Assembly (NCBI RefSeq): GCF_030684315.1
Contig: NC_081372.1
Coordinates: 1,367,920 to 1,431,919 of the forward strand
From: Stegostoma tigrinum
Lineage: Eukaryota
Direction: 5' to 3'
DNA: 64,000 bases
The notes beneath the pieces were generated by a model, which saw only the letters and a program-made list of their open reading frames with translations, ran no database searches and was not told the origin of the DNA. Position 1 is the first letter of the stretch, and every line of letters starts with the position of its first letter. A program made the translations under genes and the position numbers. Shown here in pieces: positions 26,301 through 38,701 of the stretch.

Positions 26301-29300
26301 GATGCCTTCGAATAAAAACAACATTGCCATTCTTTATTACTGCATCGGTGAACGTGTTCAGGATAGTCAAACACACATTGTCTTTAATGTCTTTGCTGCC
26401 TTTCGTTTATTATCCATATTTTTGCAAATGCCAATTAATTTTGTCCCTAATTAAAGCCTCTGACAATTTCCTCATCACCAACATAAGGTTGCTTGGCTGT
26501 ATTCCTCAGACAGCAGCAAATTGAATGATCAGTCAGTGTGCTTTTAGTTGATGCTTTATGGGGAATGTGAACCTCAGTCCCTAGATAACAGTATGGGGTT
26601 TATAACACCCCCCTGAGCAAGCAGTGCAATGTCAGCTAAGATGATATACTCAAGCCTCAGTCTGGGATGACAGAGGTAGCTGCAGGAAGTGGGATAGCGG
26701 TTAATGGTGACTTGAAAGACAAATACCAAGAGGTCTGATCTCCTGTTGCCATTTCTGAGAGTTGATTCTGAACCCCTGCCTCAGAACTAAAAGTGCAACT
26801 AAATGAGCTAATTTTCAAAAAGTTGAGTTCACACTGCTAACTTCTGTGCATCCTTGTATGTGATCAGCGGTTCTTCACAAGAAAGGCAAGAATTATACAT
26901 TCCTAATGTTTCTTAGCATTTTTCTGTCTCTCCCTGTACTACTTGTAGATTGAAGTGCTGGATGGACCAGATGAAAATGGAGAAATGTTCACTCGCCCTG
27001 GAAAACTCTCTGATTATTTCCCTCACCCATACCCTAATTCTGAGGCCGCAAGAGCAGCAAATAATGGATCTCTTCCACCTGATCTCTCATACATTGCAAA
27101 TGCCAGGTACCTTCCTCATACACTCAGCTGTTGTTTTCTTGTTTGCTTTCGTTGTGATGTTTCCAAGGGTAAAAGCTGTCCACTAATTCCTGTGATTATA
27201 TTTGCTTCCTGTACAAACTTCAAACGTCTTTCATGGAATGTGCGTGTCTCTGGCTTGGCCTGTTTGTTCCGCATTCCTGGTTGTCCTTGAGATGGTGGAG
27301 GTGAACTGCTTTCTTGAACTGTGGCAGTGTTTGAGCTGAAGGTTGACCTACATTGCTGTTTGGGAGGGAGTTCCAGGGTTCTGATTGAATCTGACACTGA
27401 AACAACAGCAATTGTAAGTCGCAAGTCAGGATAATGAGTGGTTGGAAGGGAACTTTTGTGGGGGGGTGGGTAATGTTCCCATGTATCTGCTGTTCTTGTC
27501 GTTCCAGGTAGGAGAGGCTGCGTGCTTTAGAAAGTACAATTGGAAAGGGTCTTGGTGAATTTCTGCAGTGCATCTTCTGGATGAGATGTGTTGTTCTTTG
27601 CTACAACTGAGTATTGGGGAAGGGAAGGAATGCTGAACTTGATGGATAGGGTACCGGTTAACTGGGCTACTTTGTCCTGCATGGTGTCCAGTTTCCTGAG
27701 TCTGGATGGGTGCACCTCCAACCACACAAGTAGGGAGTATTCCATCGCACTCCTGACTTACGCCATGTAGATGGTGGGCAGAATTTGGGAAGACTGGAAG
27801 TAAGTTATTCTCAGTAGAATTCCCAGCCTCTGATGTCTTCATGTAGCCATAGTATTTATTTAGCCTGTTTCTGATCAGTGGTAATCCACAGGTTGTTCTA
27901 ACATTTAGTATTGCTACTAAATGTTACTTTGCACTTCTCGGCTTAAACCTGGATATTCTCCAGATCTTATTGCCTTTGGACACGGACTGCTTCAGTATCT
28001 GAGATCGCAAATGATGCAGAACGTTCAATACTCATCAGTAACAATCCCCGCTGCTGGCCTTATGATGGAGGGAAAGTCATTGATGAGGCAGTTGAAGATG
28101 TTGGGCCTCGGACACTACCCTGAGGAACTCTGCGGAGACATCCTGGCATTGAGATGACTGATCTCCAACAACCAGAACCTTACCTTGTCCTAGATATGAC
28201 ACCAACCAATTGAGAGTTTTTGTCTGATTCCCATTGGTTTCAGTTTTGTTAGGTTTCATTGCTGTCATGTAGCCTCGATGTCAAGGGAAGTTATACTGTC
28301 TGAATCTCTGTGGTGTTCACATCTCTTGTCCGTGATTGGACCGAGGCTCCAGTGAGGTCAGGAGCGAAGGGTCCCTAGTGGACCCCAAACTGAGCATCAG
28401 GGAGGAGGGCTGTTTGATTGCATTATTCCTGATGCAGGTGCTTTGTTGGAAGAGAAGGGACTATGCCCACATCCCAAAGGCAATGAAAATTGCCAGATGT
28501 TTGAGAATGCACAAATGTTGATTTAATGCCGTTCTGTGTGCATGATCTGATAAAAGCGGGAACACTGAAAGTGCAAGTGTTCTGTGTATCAGTTCTATGT
28601 AAGGAGTTTCCCCTTGATTTACTTCACTTGTGTACAGCTGCTCGTTTTCAGACAACGGTGTGGATTCAAATATTTGCAGTTGCTGCCTTTAGTTACTCAG
28701 GATTGTGCTTCGTTGCCAAGATGAGGACTGAGTGCCAGGCACCTGCACCCCTCTGGAGCCCTAAAGCACTCTGGTAAGTGCTTTCTGTGTTCCTCTGGAT
28801 TTATGGTGCCACTTGGTAAGATGCTTTAAGTGATCAGAAATATTTCTGTACACACACAAGGCTTAGATAGGAGATACCTGTTCCTAAACTGCGTTCTTTA
28901 AGCAAACATTTGAGCTTTGGGGAGATGATGCAATCAGTTGAGGATTCATACAGAGCCATCAAGATCGAGTGACACATTAAGCTAAGTTTGGATTGCTACT
29001 GTGCCGAGCCAGGAGAATGGGATTAGCTAGGGATTGGTATTGGGTGATGGGGAGAGAGAGCAGGACATTGTGATTAGTTTGCAACCCATACTGGGTAATG
29101 GGAAGAATACAGGACAGTGAGATTAATTTGTGATTGATATGGGGGATGATAAAAGAGCAGGCAGGGGACAACAGGCTAAATAGTGTCCCCACCTGTGCTG
29201 TAAAATCAATGCTTCTACAAAAAATTAGATTTATGACATCCCACTGTGGATCCAGTTACTCGCCATTCAAAAGCCTGTGCTAGTTTTTACCAAAAAAAAA

Positions 29301-32300
29301 GCCAGATACAGCAGCTTCCAAATACACAACCAATTTCTTCTAGAAAATCAAGGGTAGCAGATCCATGGAAATACTGCCACCTCCACGTTCCACCACCAAA
29401 CCACTCACCATGCTTGGGAATATATCACTGCTCCTTCAGCGTTGCTTGATCAAAATCCTGGAATTCCCACCCTAAGGTCAACTCACAGCTCATGGACTGC
29501 AGCGGTTCAAGAACGCAACTCACCACCACCTTCTCAAGGGACAACTAGGGGTGGGAAATAAATGCTGGGCCAGCCAGCGACACCCATGTCCCACAAGTGA
29601 ATAGTAGAATCAGTTGTGGGATTTTGTAGAAAATTCTTATTGAAATTTTAAAGCCTTGAACTTGCTTGTGAGACAGAGACACTGATTTTCTTCTTTGGTT
29701 ATGTAGGCACGGTGGTGAGGATTACATCTTCACCCTTCTGACTGGTTACTGTGACCCTCCTGCTGGCATCAGTCTTCGAGAAGGTCTGTACTACAACCCC
29801 TACTTCCCTGGTCAGGCTATTGGAATGGCTCCTCCAATCTATGATGAAGCCGTTGAGTATGAGGATGGTAGGACTTGATTTGTATACCTTGAATTTGTAT
29901 TGACTCTCACTGGGCTATCCTAGTCCCACGTTATGACTTTGCTTTCCCTCTAGTGCTTTATTTGGTCATTTGGTGCAATCAAAGTGCTGGTTAACCTAAA
30001 GCTGGAGTCAAATGTATCATTGTGGGCACTGCACCTTAGAAAATAAAGCCTTGGAAAGAATGCAGCACACATTTACCAGTCTGTTACCTCGACCCAAGAA
30101 AAGGTTATGAGAGATTGCACAAACGCTACTGGTATTTAATGAAATATTGAAATTTGAGCTGATTTTGATTGAGGTTTTTAGGATTTTGAAAGTAATTGAT
30201 AGGTAACGAGAGACTGTTTGCTGTTAGGAGCCCAGGACACAGGAAATAAAAGCTCGCTCTGTTCAGTGTGGAAATTAGGATATAGATGAGCCATGATCTG
30301 AATGGTAGAACAGACTCAAAGGGCAGAATGGCCTCCCTCTGATCCTTTTAAAGGTTTGAGAAAGTCCATTAACCAGAGCAGGCAGGCTCCCTGCTGGTTC
30401 AAACGTTGATTGCACTGTTCAGTTTAGAACTGAGCTGATCCCTGGTATATACTAGGTCCTGCAGTAGTTAGGAACAGGATGAGGCCATTCAGCTCCTCAA
30501 GTCTGTTCTATCATTCATTGAAATCATGGTTGATCTGTGGTGTAACTCCATAGATCTGCCTTTGGCCCACATCCCTTAATACCTTTGTTTACCAAAAATG
30601 TATCTGTCTTAGATTTAAGCTCGACAACTGATCCAGCATCCACTGCAGTTGGTGGAAGAGCATTCCAAACCTCTACCACCCTTTGTGTGTAGAAGTGCTT
30701 CCTAACATCGCTCCTGAACTGTCTGCCCTAATTCTCAAACTATGCCCCTGGTTCTGGAGTCTCTAACTAGTGAAGACAGTTTATCTACCCTGTATTCTCC
30801 TGTTAGTATCTTGAAGACATTGATCCCATCATCCCTTCTACATTTGAGGAAAAAATACAGCCTAATCCGTGTAGTCTTTCCTTGTTACTTTAATGCCTGA
30901 AATACAGGTCGTGTTCTTGTAAAGCTATGCTTTACTCCCTCTAAGGCCAATATATTTTTCCTAAGATGTGGTGCCCAGATCTGCTCACAGTGCTCCAAGC
31001 ATGGTCTAACCAAGGTTTTGGTTGACTGCAGCATGACTTCTGCTTCCTTGTACTCTTCCTTTTATATTCAAAGGCCAGCATTTCATTAACTACTTGATTA
31101 TTTTCTGCACTTTTGCATGACACTTTTAAAGTCTGTGCACCTGAATCCTGCTCCCTGCCCAAGTCTCTTTGACATCCACTATATTTAACCCAGTGCTATC
31201 TAGAAAGTACCTTGATCTATCCTTTTCTGTCCAAAGTGGATCTTAGTGCAGTTGAAGGATACAAATGACTAACATTACTGAGATATCTACTGGGAACAGG
31301 ACAATGAGGCAGGAAGATGTCTGTGAATTCAATCCAAGTCTGAGATGAAATAATCATTTTGGTATATTCCAGCTCCACATTTTCCCCTCATCTGTCATAG
31401 GCCTGGGGCTTTGAGAAGCATCTATGGATGGATGTGATGGTGATAACTTGCATTGCTATGTGACTGGCTGCCTATGAAACTGAGTCTGGACATTGCAACT
31501 TCTGTGTTATGAGACTGAGATACCTGGAGCCTGCTGATTTTAGTGTTGAACTCTCCTCATTCACAGGTACTCCAGCCTCGATGAGTCAGATTGCTAAGGA
31601 CGTCTGCACATTCCTGCGCTGGACTGCTGAACCAGAACACGACCAGCGCAAACGCATGGGCCTGAAGGTCAGCTCTGTAACCTAACTTTGTTACAATAAC
31701 AATGTCTGCCTTTACACCCATTCCTGTTGAGATAACTGAGCAATTGTCTGGGCCATTAATGAGGCCACTTGGAAATTAAATATTAGTGTAGGACTAAAAT
31801 CTCACAGGTCCAGTATGGGTAAACACAACATTAATGAACATCAAAGCAAAGCAAAATAACTTAATGCTGGAACTTCTGAAGAGCAGTCACATTTGGCTCA
31901 ACATTAACTCTGTTTCTTTCTTCACAGATGATGCCAGACCCACTGAGTTTCTCCAGCATTCTATGTTTCCATTACAGTAATGAATATAGAATTGATGTTG
32001 GACTAGACTAGCTGATGGAAAGGGCTATAGTGAGTTTTGAGAAGATTTGTAGCTCAGGTTGAGGTTCTGGGTGTGAGTTTGCTCGCTGAGCTGGAAGGTT
32101 AGTTTTCAGATGTTTCGTCACCATTCTAGGTAACATCATCAGTGAGCCTCCGACGAAGCGCTAGTGTTATGTTCCACTTTCTGTTTATCTGGTTAGGTTT
32201 CCTTGGGTTGGTGATGTCATTTCCTGATGTCATTTCCTTTGATGACATCACCAACCCAAGGAAACCCAAACAGATAAACAGAAAGCGGGACATAACACCA

Positions 32301-33605
32301 GCACTTTGTCGGAGGCTCACTGATGATGTTACCTAGAATGGTGACGAAACATCTGAAAACTAACCTTCCAGCTCAGCGAGCAAACTCACACCCGGAAAGG
32401 GCTATGTTTGAATACCTGGGAATGGGGAGGATGTTATTCTGTGCCCTAATGTAATCTCTTTGAGTCAGGGAGCAGCATTACTAGTAAACGTCTTTACAGG
32501 CTGCACTGTCGAAGCCTTTTTTTTTCACAAGAATTCAAAGCAGGAATATTGGTAAAATCAGGAACAAAAACAGAACTTGCTGGAAAAGATCAGCAGGTCT
32601 GGTAGGATCTGTGAAGAAAAATCAGAATTAACGTTTTGAGTCTGGTCACCCTTCCTCGGAACTGTTCTGAGGAAAGGTCACTGGACCCTAAATGTTAACT
32701 CTGATTTCTCTTCACAGATCCTCCCAGACCTGCAGAGCTTTTCCAGCAAGTTCTGTTTTTGTTCCTGATTTACAGCATCTGCAGTTCTTTTAGTTTTTAG
32801 TATTGATAAAGTGATTGGAGCAGGAATTCCACATTCCTGAAGGAACAGAATGTGTGCTCATGTACATCATACAGTGAGAAATGTTACTTCACAACTTTGA
32901 CTGGAGAAAATGGCCACTGTGCTTCCCTGTGGCTCAAAGGGGAAAATACTCATTGTTGCTGATTCTGATAGTATATTGAATATTCTGGTCTCTGCTTAGT
33001 TTGCTGCCTTTTCCTGGAGTGACAGTAAAAAGGATGAAAATAGTGGGCCTATATTTCTCCTCATTGCTTTCTGTGGCCTGGAACTTGCCTGATTCGATGC
33101 TGACTGAGCAGTATTGAACTCAGTCTTACTGTCATCTGTCTACGGGAGGAACAAGAGTCCCTTGGCTACAGGACCAGCCCCAATGTCAGTAACAATGGTA
33201 ACATAGCACAGATTCCTCCCTCTGGGGAGTACTGAGTAACGGGGAGGAGTGGCAGTAGTGACACTTACAATTTGTGTCCCACAGTTTTGCATGACTGAGA
33301 TTTTTATGGTGCCTTTTGCAGTCTCAGTAATCCCAAAATGCTTCACAGTCAATCTAGTGTTTTTGAAATGTTGTCACATGTATTACAGTAGAAGTGGACT
33401 AATTCGGTAGCTCTTTCAAAGAACCACCACAGGAATAATGGGTTGAATGGTTTTGTTCTTTGCGGTAAGGTGCTACAGTTGAGCTTCTTCTCTTTTACAG
33501 ATGCTGATGTTCTCAGCTGTGTTTTGGCCACTGCTTTACTACTTGAAGAGGCACCGATGGTCTGTTTTAAAGAGTAGGAAGATTGCCTACAAACCTCCAA
33601 AATAA
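17001..33605 (+). CDS. CYC1: Cytochrome c1, heme protein, mitochondrial (complex III); 7 coding exons, 918 nt, 305 aa
   Basis: Exons 17001-17078, 19628-19815, 23270-23396, 26949-27106, 29707-29867, 31567-31667 and 33501-33605 join through GT-AG introns with consistent phases; CAACH heme motif, PPDLSYI, GMAPP axial Met, C-terminal TM followed by [12 protein letters not shown]. Confidence 0.98.
19628..19815 (+). CDS. CYC1: CYC1 exon 2
   Basis: TAG acceptor; [16 protein letters not shown]...[21 protein letters not shown]; donor AG|GTGAG. Confidence 0.97.
20670..21635 (+). mobile_element. Decayed CR1 LINE in CYC1 intron 2
   Basis: ORF 20842..21174 ends in [16 protein letters not shown], a CR1 RT C-terminal motif. 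Confidence 0.8.
21750..22870 (-). mobile_element. CR1 LINE with a + strand CR1 fragment nested at ~22330-22717
   Basis: ORF 22060..22323 ([12 protein letters not shown]); an opposite-orientation CR1 3' end interrupts it. Confidence 0.75.
23270..23396 (+). CDS. CYC1: CYC1 exon 3 (CXXCH heme attachment)
   Basis: [18 protein letters not shown]...AKALAEE; TTTCCAG acceptor and GTGAGT donor. Confidence 0.98.
24795..25130 (-). mobile_element. tRNA-derived SINE (second SINE family; a similar copy lies at ~45980-46338)
   Basis: Two closely similar dispersed copies; the minus strand starts GGGGAGGC with a B-box-like GGTTTGAATCC and ends in a LINE-like GAATGAA tail. Confidence 0.7.
26949..27106 (+). 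CDS. CYC1: CYC1 exon 4
   Basis: [25 protein letters not shown]...[10 protein letters not shown]. Confidence 0.98.
27240..28420 (-). mobile_element. Decayed CR1/L2-group LINE
   Basis: ORF 27527..27745 (MEYSLLVW...[10 protein letters not shown]) is an RT C-terminal remnant; related copies lie at ~53440-54180 and ~62350-63330. Confidence 0.7.
29707..29867 (+). CDS. CYC1: CYC1 exon 5
   Basis: [53 protein letters not shown], translated by hand; not in the ORF track. Confidence 0.98.
30470..31240 (-). mobile_element. Decayed CR1 LINE in CYC1 intron 5
   Basis: The reverse strand carries CR1 3' UTR and RT remnants (CTTCTACACACAAAGGGTGGTAGAGGTTTGGAA). Confidence 0.7.
31567..31667 (+). CDS. CYC1: CYC1 exon 6
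   Basis: [33 protein letters not shown]; CAG acceptor and GTCAG donor. Confidence 0.98.
32029..32393. mobile_element. Long palindromic Penelope-type element of a second family, with 12-bp TSD
   Basis: ~160-bp inverted arms (mirror ORFs 32126..32320 and 32142..32336); GGAAAGGGCTAT at 32017-32028 and 32394-32405; hammerhead-like core at 32320-32353. Confidence 0.8.
32555..32800. mobile_element. Older palindromic Penelope-derived element, third family (related copies at ~10550-10690, ~18050-18280, ~26030-26130, ~54260-54390)
   Basis: Inverted arms; CTGAGGAAAGGTCACTGGACCCTAAATGTTAACT core; CAGCATCTGCAGTT terminus shared with the younger family. Confidence 0.75.
33501..33605 (+). CDS. CYC1: CYC1 exon 7, coding part
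   Basis: [34 protein letters not shown], with TAA at 33603-33605. Confidence 0.97.
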   Translation: MLMFSAVFWPLLYYLKRHRWSVLKSRKIAYKPPK

Positions 33606-33889
33606 CTTCTGACCTGGGATGCTCAACTCCAGGACAAGACCTGAATTCTCTGCCAATGTGTACACAACCTGGACTTAACGGGGCTAGTTTCTGGGGCAGG
33701 GGTGGGGAGACAAACAGTTTAAAATACCTGGACATTCTGCAGAGTCTTTACTAAAGCATGGCATTATTAAAAACATCTATTGTCTGATTCCTCAAATCAG
33801 TGGGCGGATTGCTGGCTGTGATTTAAACTATTGATTTGCTCCATTGACTGTCTAACAAAGGGCCTTGATATTTTTTAAAGAGTTTTAGA

Positions 33890-33895
33890 AATAAA
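33890..33895 (+). promoter_or_regulatory. Candidate CYC1 polyadenylation signal (a second AATAAA lies at 34324-34329)
   Basis: AATAAA ~285 nt after the stop codon. Confidence 0.6.
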
Positions 33896-35453
33896 CTTGG
33901 GACAATGCTGCTCTCCGGTGGCTGGTGCATATTGTCTTTCACAAGCAATAACTTGGATACAAGTCCTGATTTTTCCCTTCACAGAATTCAACCTTTAACA
34001 GGGTAGGAATTCTGGAGACCTTACATAACCAAGTCAGTGGGGAAAGAGGTTCTCTGGTCTCACTGGAGACTTTGAGCAGCTCAATGGTCTGGTCCATGGG
34101 GTGTAAATGCTAGACAAAATAGTTAGGAAAACGTACCATTCCGAATGATTTAAGGAGCAGTTGGAATCCCCACATTCTGTCAAATGGCAATTCATCCTCA
34201 TTTTAGTTTACCTCCAAAGACATATTGTTTTGTGGTAACGTGTGTTTGGTCCTACTGTGAGTTGAAGGATTCCTTTCAGTAAATTATTACTGTACACAGC
34301 ATTTGTGTAAATATTTAATGTTTAATAAATAATATGCTACGGACCTGTTCTGCATTAGTTCTCCACCTGTGTCCATCTCTGTCCTGTCTGCACCTTTTGC
34401 CTCAATTTGTAGACATGGGGAATAGAAGCAGGAGTAGAGCATAAGCCCACTGAATCCACTCCACTATCCAAAATTACAGCTGACTCCATTTCACTGTCTG
34501 CTCGTTGTATCCATTTGATTCTGAGAGTCAAACATCATCAATCCTAGCCTCTGTTATATCCAGAATTATATCTGTGGTGCATCTACAAACCCATAGGATT
34601 TAGAATTCTAAATATTCTCAATTTGAATGAAGATAGCTCTCCTCAATCCTAAATATTGGGTCCTTTATCTATGACTAAGCTCCTACATTCTAAGTTCCCC
34701 TGCTAGGTCAAAAGATCTACCCTGTCAAACTCCTTCAGAGAATTTGGACTTCATTTTTCTAAGCTGTACCCTGTTCATGTGGCTTACATATTGCTGAGGA
34801 TTAGTCATTGTAACAGGCACAATATGCTTTATGCTGATTCCACCTCTCTCTTGGGTTAATTAACCAATCCTCCATCCATGTTAATACGTCTCCCCAGCTC
34901 CATGAGCCTTGATCTTCCTTATTAACTTTGTGTCACACCTCATCGAAAGGTATTTGAAAATTCAGGTATACGACATTATTGGTGCGTATTATCTGCCCTA
35001 ACAGTCAGAAAACTCCTTTCAGTTTCCTGATTTTTTTTTTTCTAACCACCTTCAGACTTGTTACTAGATCCCAGCATTTTCTGATGACTGTTGCCATACA
35101 GATTAATGTCTTATTTCACTCTGGATGAAACGGTGTTATGTTGCTAAATTCCAATTTGGTGTTTTACCAAGGTGGAATAATCCACTATCTCTGAATCAAC
35201 ATTAAGGTGGGTAAGTTCCCAGATCCCAACCATATCTACGCCAAGTTACTGAGAGAGAGACAAGACGGGCGATCGCTGGGGCTTTGGCCGAGATCTTTCT
35301 ATCCTCACTAGCCACTGGACAGGTGTTTTTAGATAAACACAGGAATATGCAAGAAATGAAATGATTTGGACCAAGAGCAGGCAGAAGGCATTGGTTTAAC
35401 TCGGCGTCCTGTTCAACACAACATGGTGGGCGGAAGGGGGTTAAAATAGTATC

Positions 35454-36643
35454 AGAGATAATGGGAACTGCAGATGCTGGAGATTCCAAGATAATAAAAT
35501 GTGAGGCTGGATGAACACAGCAGGCCAAGCAGCATTTGACACATCCCTCACACCCCGCCCCCGCCACAACCGCCCCAAGAGGATCCCCCTCGTTCTCACA
35601 CACCACCCTACCAACCTCCGGATACAACGCATTATCCTCCGACACTTCCGCCATTTACAATCCGACCCCACCACCCAAGACATTTTTCCATCCCCACCCC
35701 TGTCTGCTTTCCGGAGAGACCACTCTCTCCGTGACTCCCTTGTTCGCTCCACACTGCCCTCCTACCCCACCACACCCGGCACCTTCCCCTGCAACCGCAG
35801 GAAATGCTACACTTGTCCCCACACCTCCTCCCTCACCCCCATCCCAGGCCCCAAGATGACATTCCACATTAAGCAGAGGTTCACCTGCACATCTGCCAAT
35901 GTGGTATACTGCATCCACTGTACCCGGTGCAGCTTTCTCTACATTGGGGAAACCAAGCGGAGGCTTGGGGACCGCTTTGCAGAACACCTCCGCTCAGTTC
36001 GCAACAAACAACTGCACCTCCCAGTCGCAAACCATTTCCACTCCCCCTCCCATTCTCTTGATGACATGTCCATCATGGGCCTCCTGCACTGCCACAATGA
36101 TGCCACCCGAAGGTTGCAGGAACAGCAACTCATATTCCGCCTGGGAACCCTGCAGCCATATGGTATCAATGTGGACTTCACCAGTTTCAAAATCTCCCCT
36201 TCCCCCACTGCATCCCTAAACCAGCCCAGTTCATCCCCTCCCCCCACTGCACCACACAACCAGCCCAGCTCTTCCCCCCCCACCCACTGCATCCCAAAAC
36301 CAGTCCAACCTGTCTCTGCCTCCCTAACCGGTTCTTCCTCTCACCCATCCCTTCCTCCCACCCCAAGCCGCACCCCCAGCTACCTACTAACCTCATCCCA
36401 CCTCCTTGACCTGTCCGTCTTCCCTGGACTGACCTATCCCCTCCCTACCTCCCCACCCACACCTTCTCCACCTATCTTCTTTACTCTCCATCTTCGGTCC
36501 GCCTCCCCCTCTCTCCCTATTTATTCCAGTTCCCTCCCCCCATCCCCCTCTCTGATGAAGGGTCTAGGCCCGAAACGTCAGCTTTTGTGCTCCTGAGATG
36601 TTGCTTGGCCTGCTGTGTTCATCCAGCCTCACATTTTATTATT
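35454..36643 (+). mobile_element. Penelope-like retroelement, 5'-truncated, with GIY-YIG endonuclease C-terminus, inverted partial pseudo-LTR and 16-bp TSD
   Basis: ORF 35511..36596 contains CNRRKCYTC and VVYCIHC...LYIGETKRRLGDRFAEH (GIY-YIG); ATGGTGGGCGGAAGGG at 35423-35438 and 36644-36659. Confidence 0.93.
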
Positions 36644-36849
36644 ATGGTGGGCGGAAGGGCCTGTTCCTGTGCTGTATTATGCTGCGTTCTAACAGCAGTC
36701 AGTCAGGTTACGGGAATTGCCCTGACTCAGGCACTGTGCGGAAGATACGCTGTTTCTGAAACCCAGAGCTCCACCTGCATCCACTGTGTTCCTGTAAATA
36801 ACCCCCCTCGGTGCACCTCAGCACAGACGCCCATCCCTGATCCCACACT

Positions 36850-38467
36850 GTTACTGCAAATGCCCCCCTCAGCACAGATACCCCCACCCTGTTACTGTAA
36901 ATGCCCCCCTCAGCACAGATACCCCCACCCTGTTACTGTAAATACCCCTCAGCACAGATACCCCCCACCCTGTTACTGTAAATACCTCTCAGCACAGATA
37001 CCCCCCACCCTGTTACTGTAAATACCCCTCAGCAGATACCCCCCACCCTGTTACTGTAAATACCCCTCAGCACAGATACCCCCACCCTGTTACTGTAAAT
37101 ACCCCTCAGCACAGATACCCCCACCCTGTTACTGTAAATACCCCTCGGCACAGATACCCCCACCCTGTTACTGTAAATACCCCTCGGCACAGATACCCCC
37201 ACCCTGTTACTGTAAATACCCCTCAGCACAGATACCCCCCACCCTGTTACTGTAAATACCCCCACTCTGTTACTGTAAATACCCCCACCCTGTTACTGTA
37301 AATACCCCTCAGCACAGATACCCCCCACCCTGTTACTGTAAATACCCCTCAGCACAGATACCCCCCACCCTGTTACTGTAAATACCCCTCAGCACAGATA
37401 CCCCCACACCCTGTTACTGTAAATACCCCCTCAGCACAGATACCCCCCACCCTGTTACTGTAAATACCCCTCAGCACAGATACCCCCACACCCTGTTACT
37501 GTAAATACCCCTCAGCACAGATACCCCCCACCCTGTTACTGTAAATACCCCTCAGCACAGATACCCCCACACCCTGTTACTGTAAATACCCCCTCAGCAC
37601 AGATACCCCCCACCCTGTTACTGTAAATACCCCTCAGCACAGATACCCCCACACCCTGTTACTGTAAATACCCCCTCAGCACAGATACCCCCCACCCTGT
37701 TACTGTAAATACCCCTCAGCACAGATACCCCCACACCCTGTTACTGTAAATACCCCCTCAGCACAGATACCCCCCACCCTGTTACTGTAAATACCCCCTC
37801 AGCACAGATACCCCCCACCCTGTTACTGTAAATACCCCTCAGCACAGATACCCCCACACCCTGTTACTGTAAATACCCCCTCAGCACAGATACCCCCCAC
37901 CCTGTTACTGTAAATACCCCCTCAGCACAGATACCCCCCACCCTGTTACTGTAAATACCCCTCAGCACAGATACCCCCCACCCTGTTACTGTAAATACCC
38001 CTCAGCACAGATACCCCCACACCCTGTTACTGTAAATACCCCCTCAGCACAGATACCCCCCACCCTGTTACTGTAAATACCCCTCAGCACAGATACCCCC
38101 CACCCTGTTACTGTAAATACCCCTCAGCACAGATACCCCCCACCCTGTTACTGTAAATACCCCCTCAGCACAGATACCCCCCACCCTGTTACTGTAAATA
38201 CCCCTCAGCACAGATACCCCCCACCCTGTTACTGTAAATACCCCTCAGCACAGATACCCCCACACCCTGTTACTGTAAATACCCCCTCAGCACAGATACC
38301 CCCCACCCTGTTACTGTAAATACCCCTCAGCACAGATACCCCCCACCCTGTTACTGTAAATACCCCTCAGCACAGATACCCCCCACCCTGTTACTGTAAA
38401 TACCCCTCAGCACAGATACCCCCACACCCTGTTACTGTAAATACCCCCTCAGCACAGATACCCCCAT
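36850..38467 (+). repeat. ~39-41-bp minisatellite, ~40 copies (CAGCACAGATACCCCCCACCCTGTTACTGTAAATACCCCT)
   Basis: Directly visible and highly homogeneous; units vary mainly in C-run length. Confidence 0.97.
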
Positions 38468-38469
38468 CT

Positions 38470-38613
38470 CCACGGGGCAATGGTGACCCCTGACCCTGCC
38501 GACCAGTCCGCTCCAGCCCCTCCTCCCTTCCCGGGGATCCCTTCGTAGTGTCACAGCCAATAGGAGCCGGGCCGGTTTCGCCGGAAGTGCAAGGTTGTCT
38601 TTCCGGGGTCGGG
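38470..38613 (+). promoter_or_regulatory. ERGIC3 core promoter / 5' UTR
   Basis: CpG-rich; CCAAT at 38557-38561; ETS/GABP CCGGAAGT at 38581-38588; TTCCGG at 38601. Confidence 0.7.
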
Positions 38614-38701
38614 ATGGAGGCGCTGCGGAGGTTGCGACGGTTCGATGCTTATCCCAAAACCCTGGAGGATTTCCGAGTGAAAACCTGTGGAGGGGCCCTG
38701 G
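38614..38701 (+). CDS. ERGIC3: ERGIC3 exon 1
   Basis: [29 protein letters not shown]; donor G|GTGAG. Confidence 0.96.

Noticed and set aside
32126-32336. Mirror-image 64-aa hydrophobic ORFs on both strands (toxin-antitoxin-like or pre-miRNA)
   Set aside because: A by-product of a TSD-flanked palindromic retroelement.
35511-36596. 361-aa ORF as a host gene or domesticated nuclease
   Set aside because: A 5'-truncated Penelope ORF whose Met comes from the inverted pseudo-LTR; no RT domain; flanked by a TSD.
36850-38467. CRISPR-like regular repeats
   Set aside because: Head-to-tail units with no unique spacers, no cas genes and a vertebrate context.
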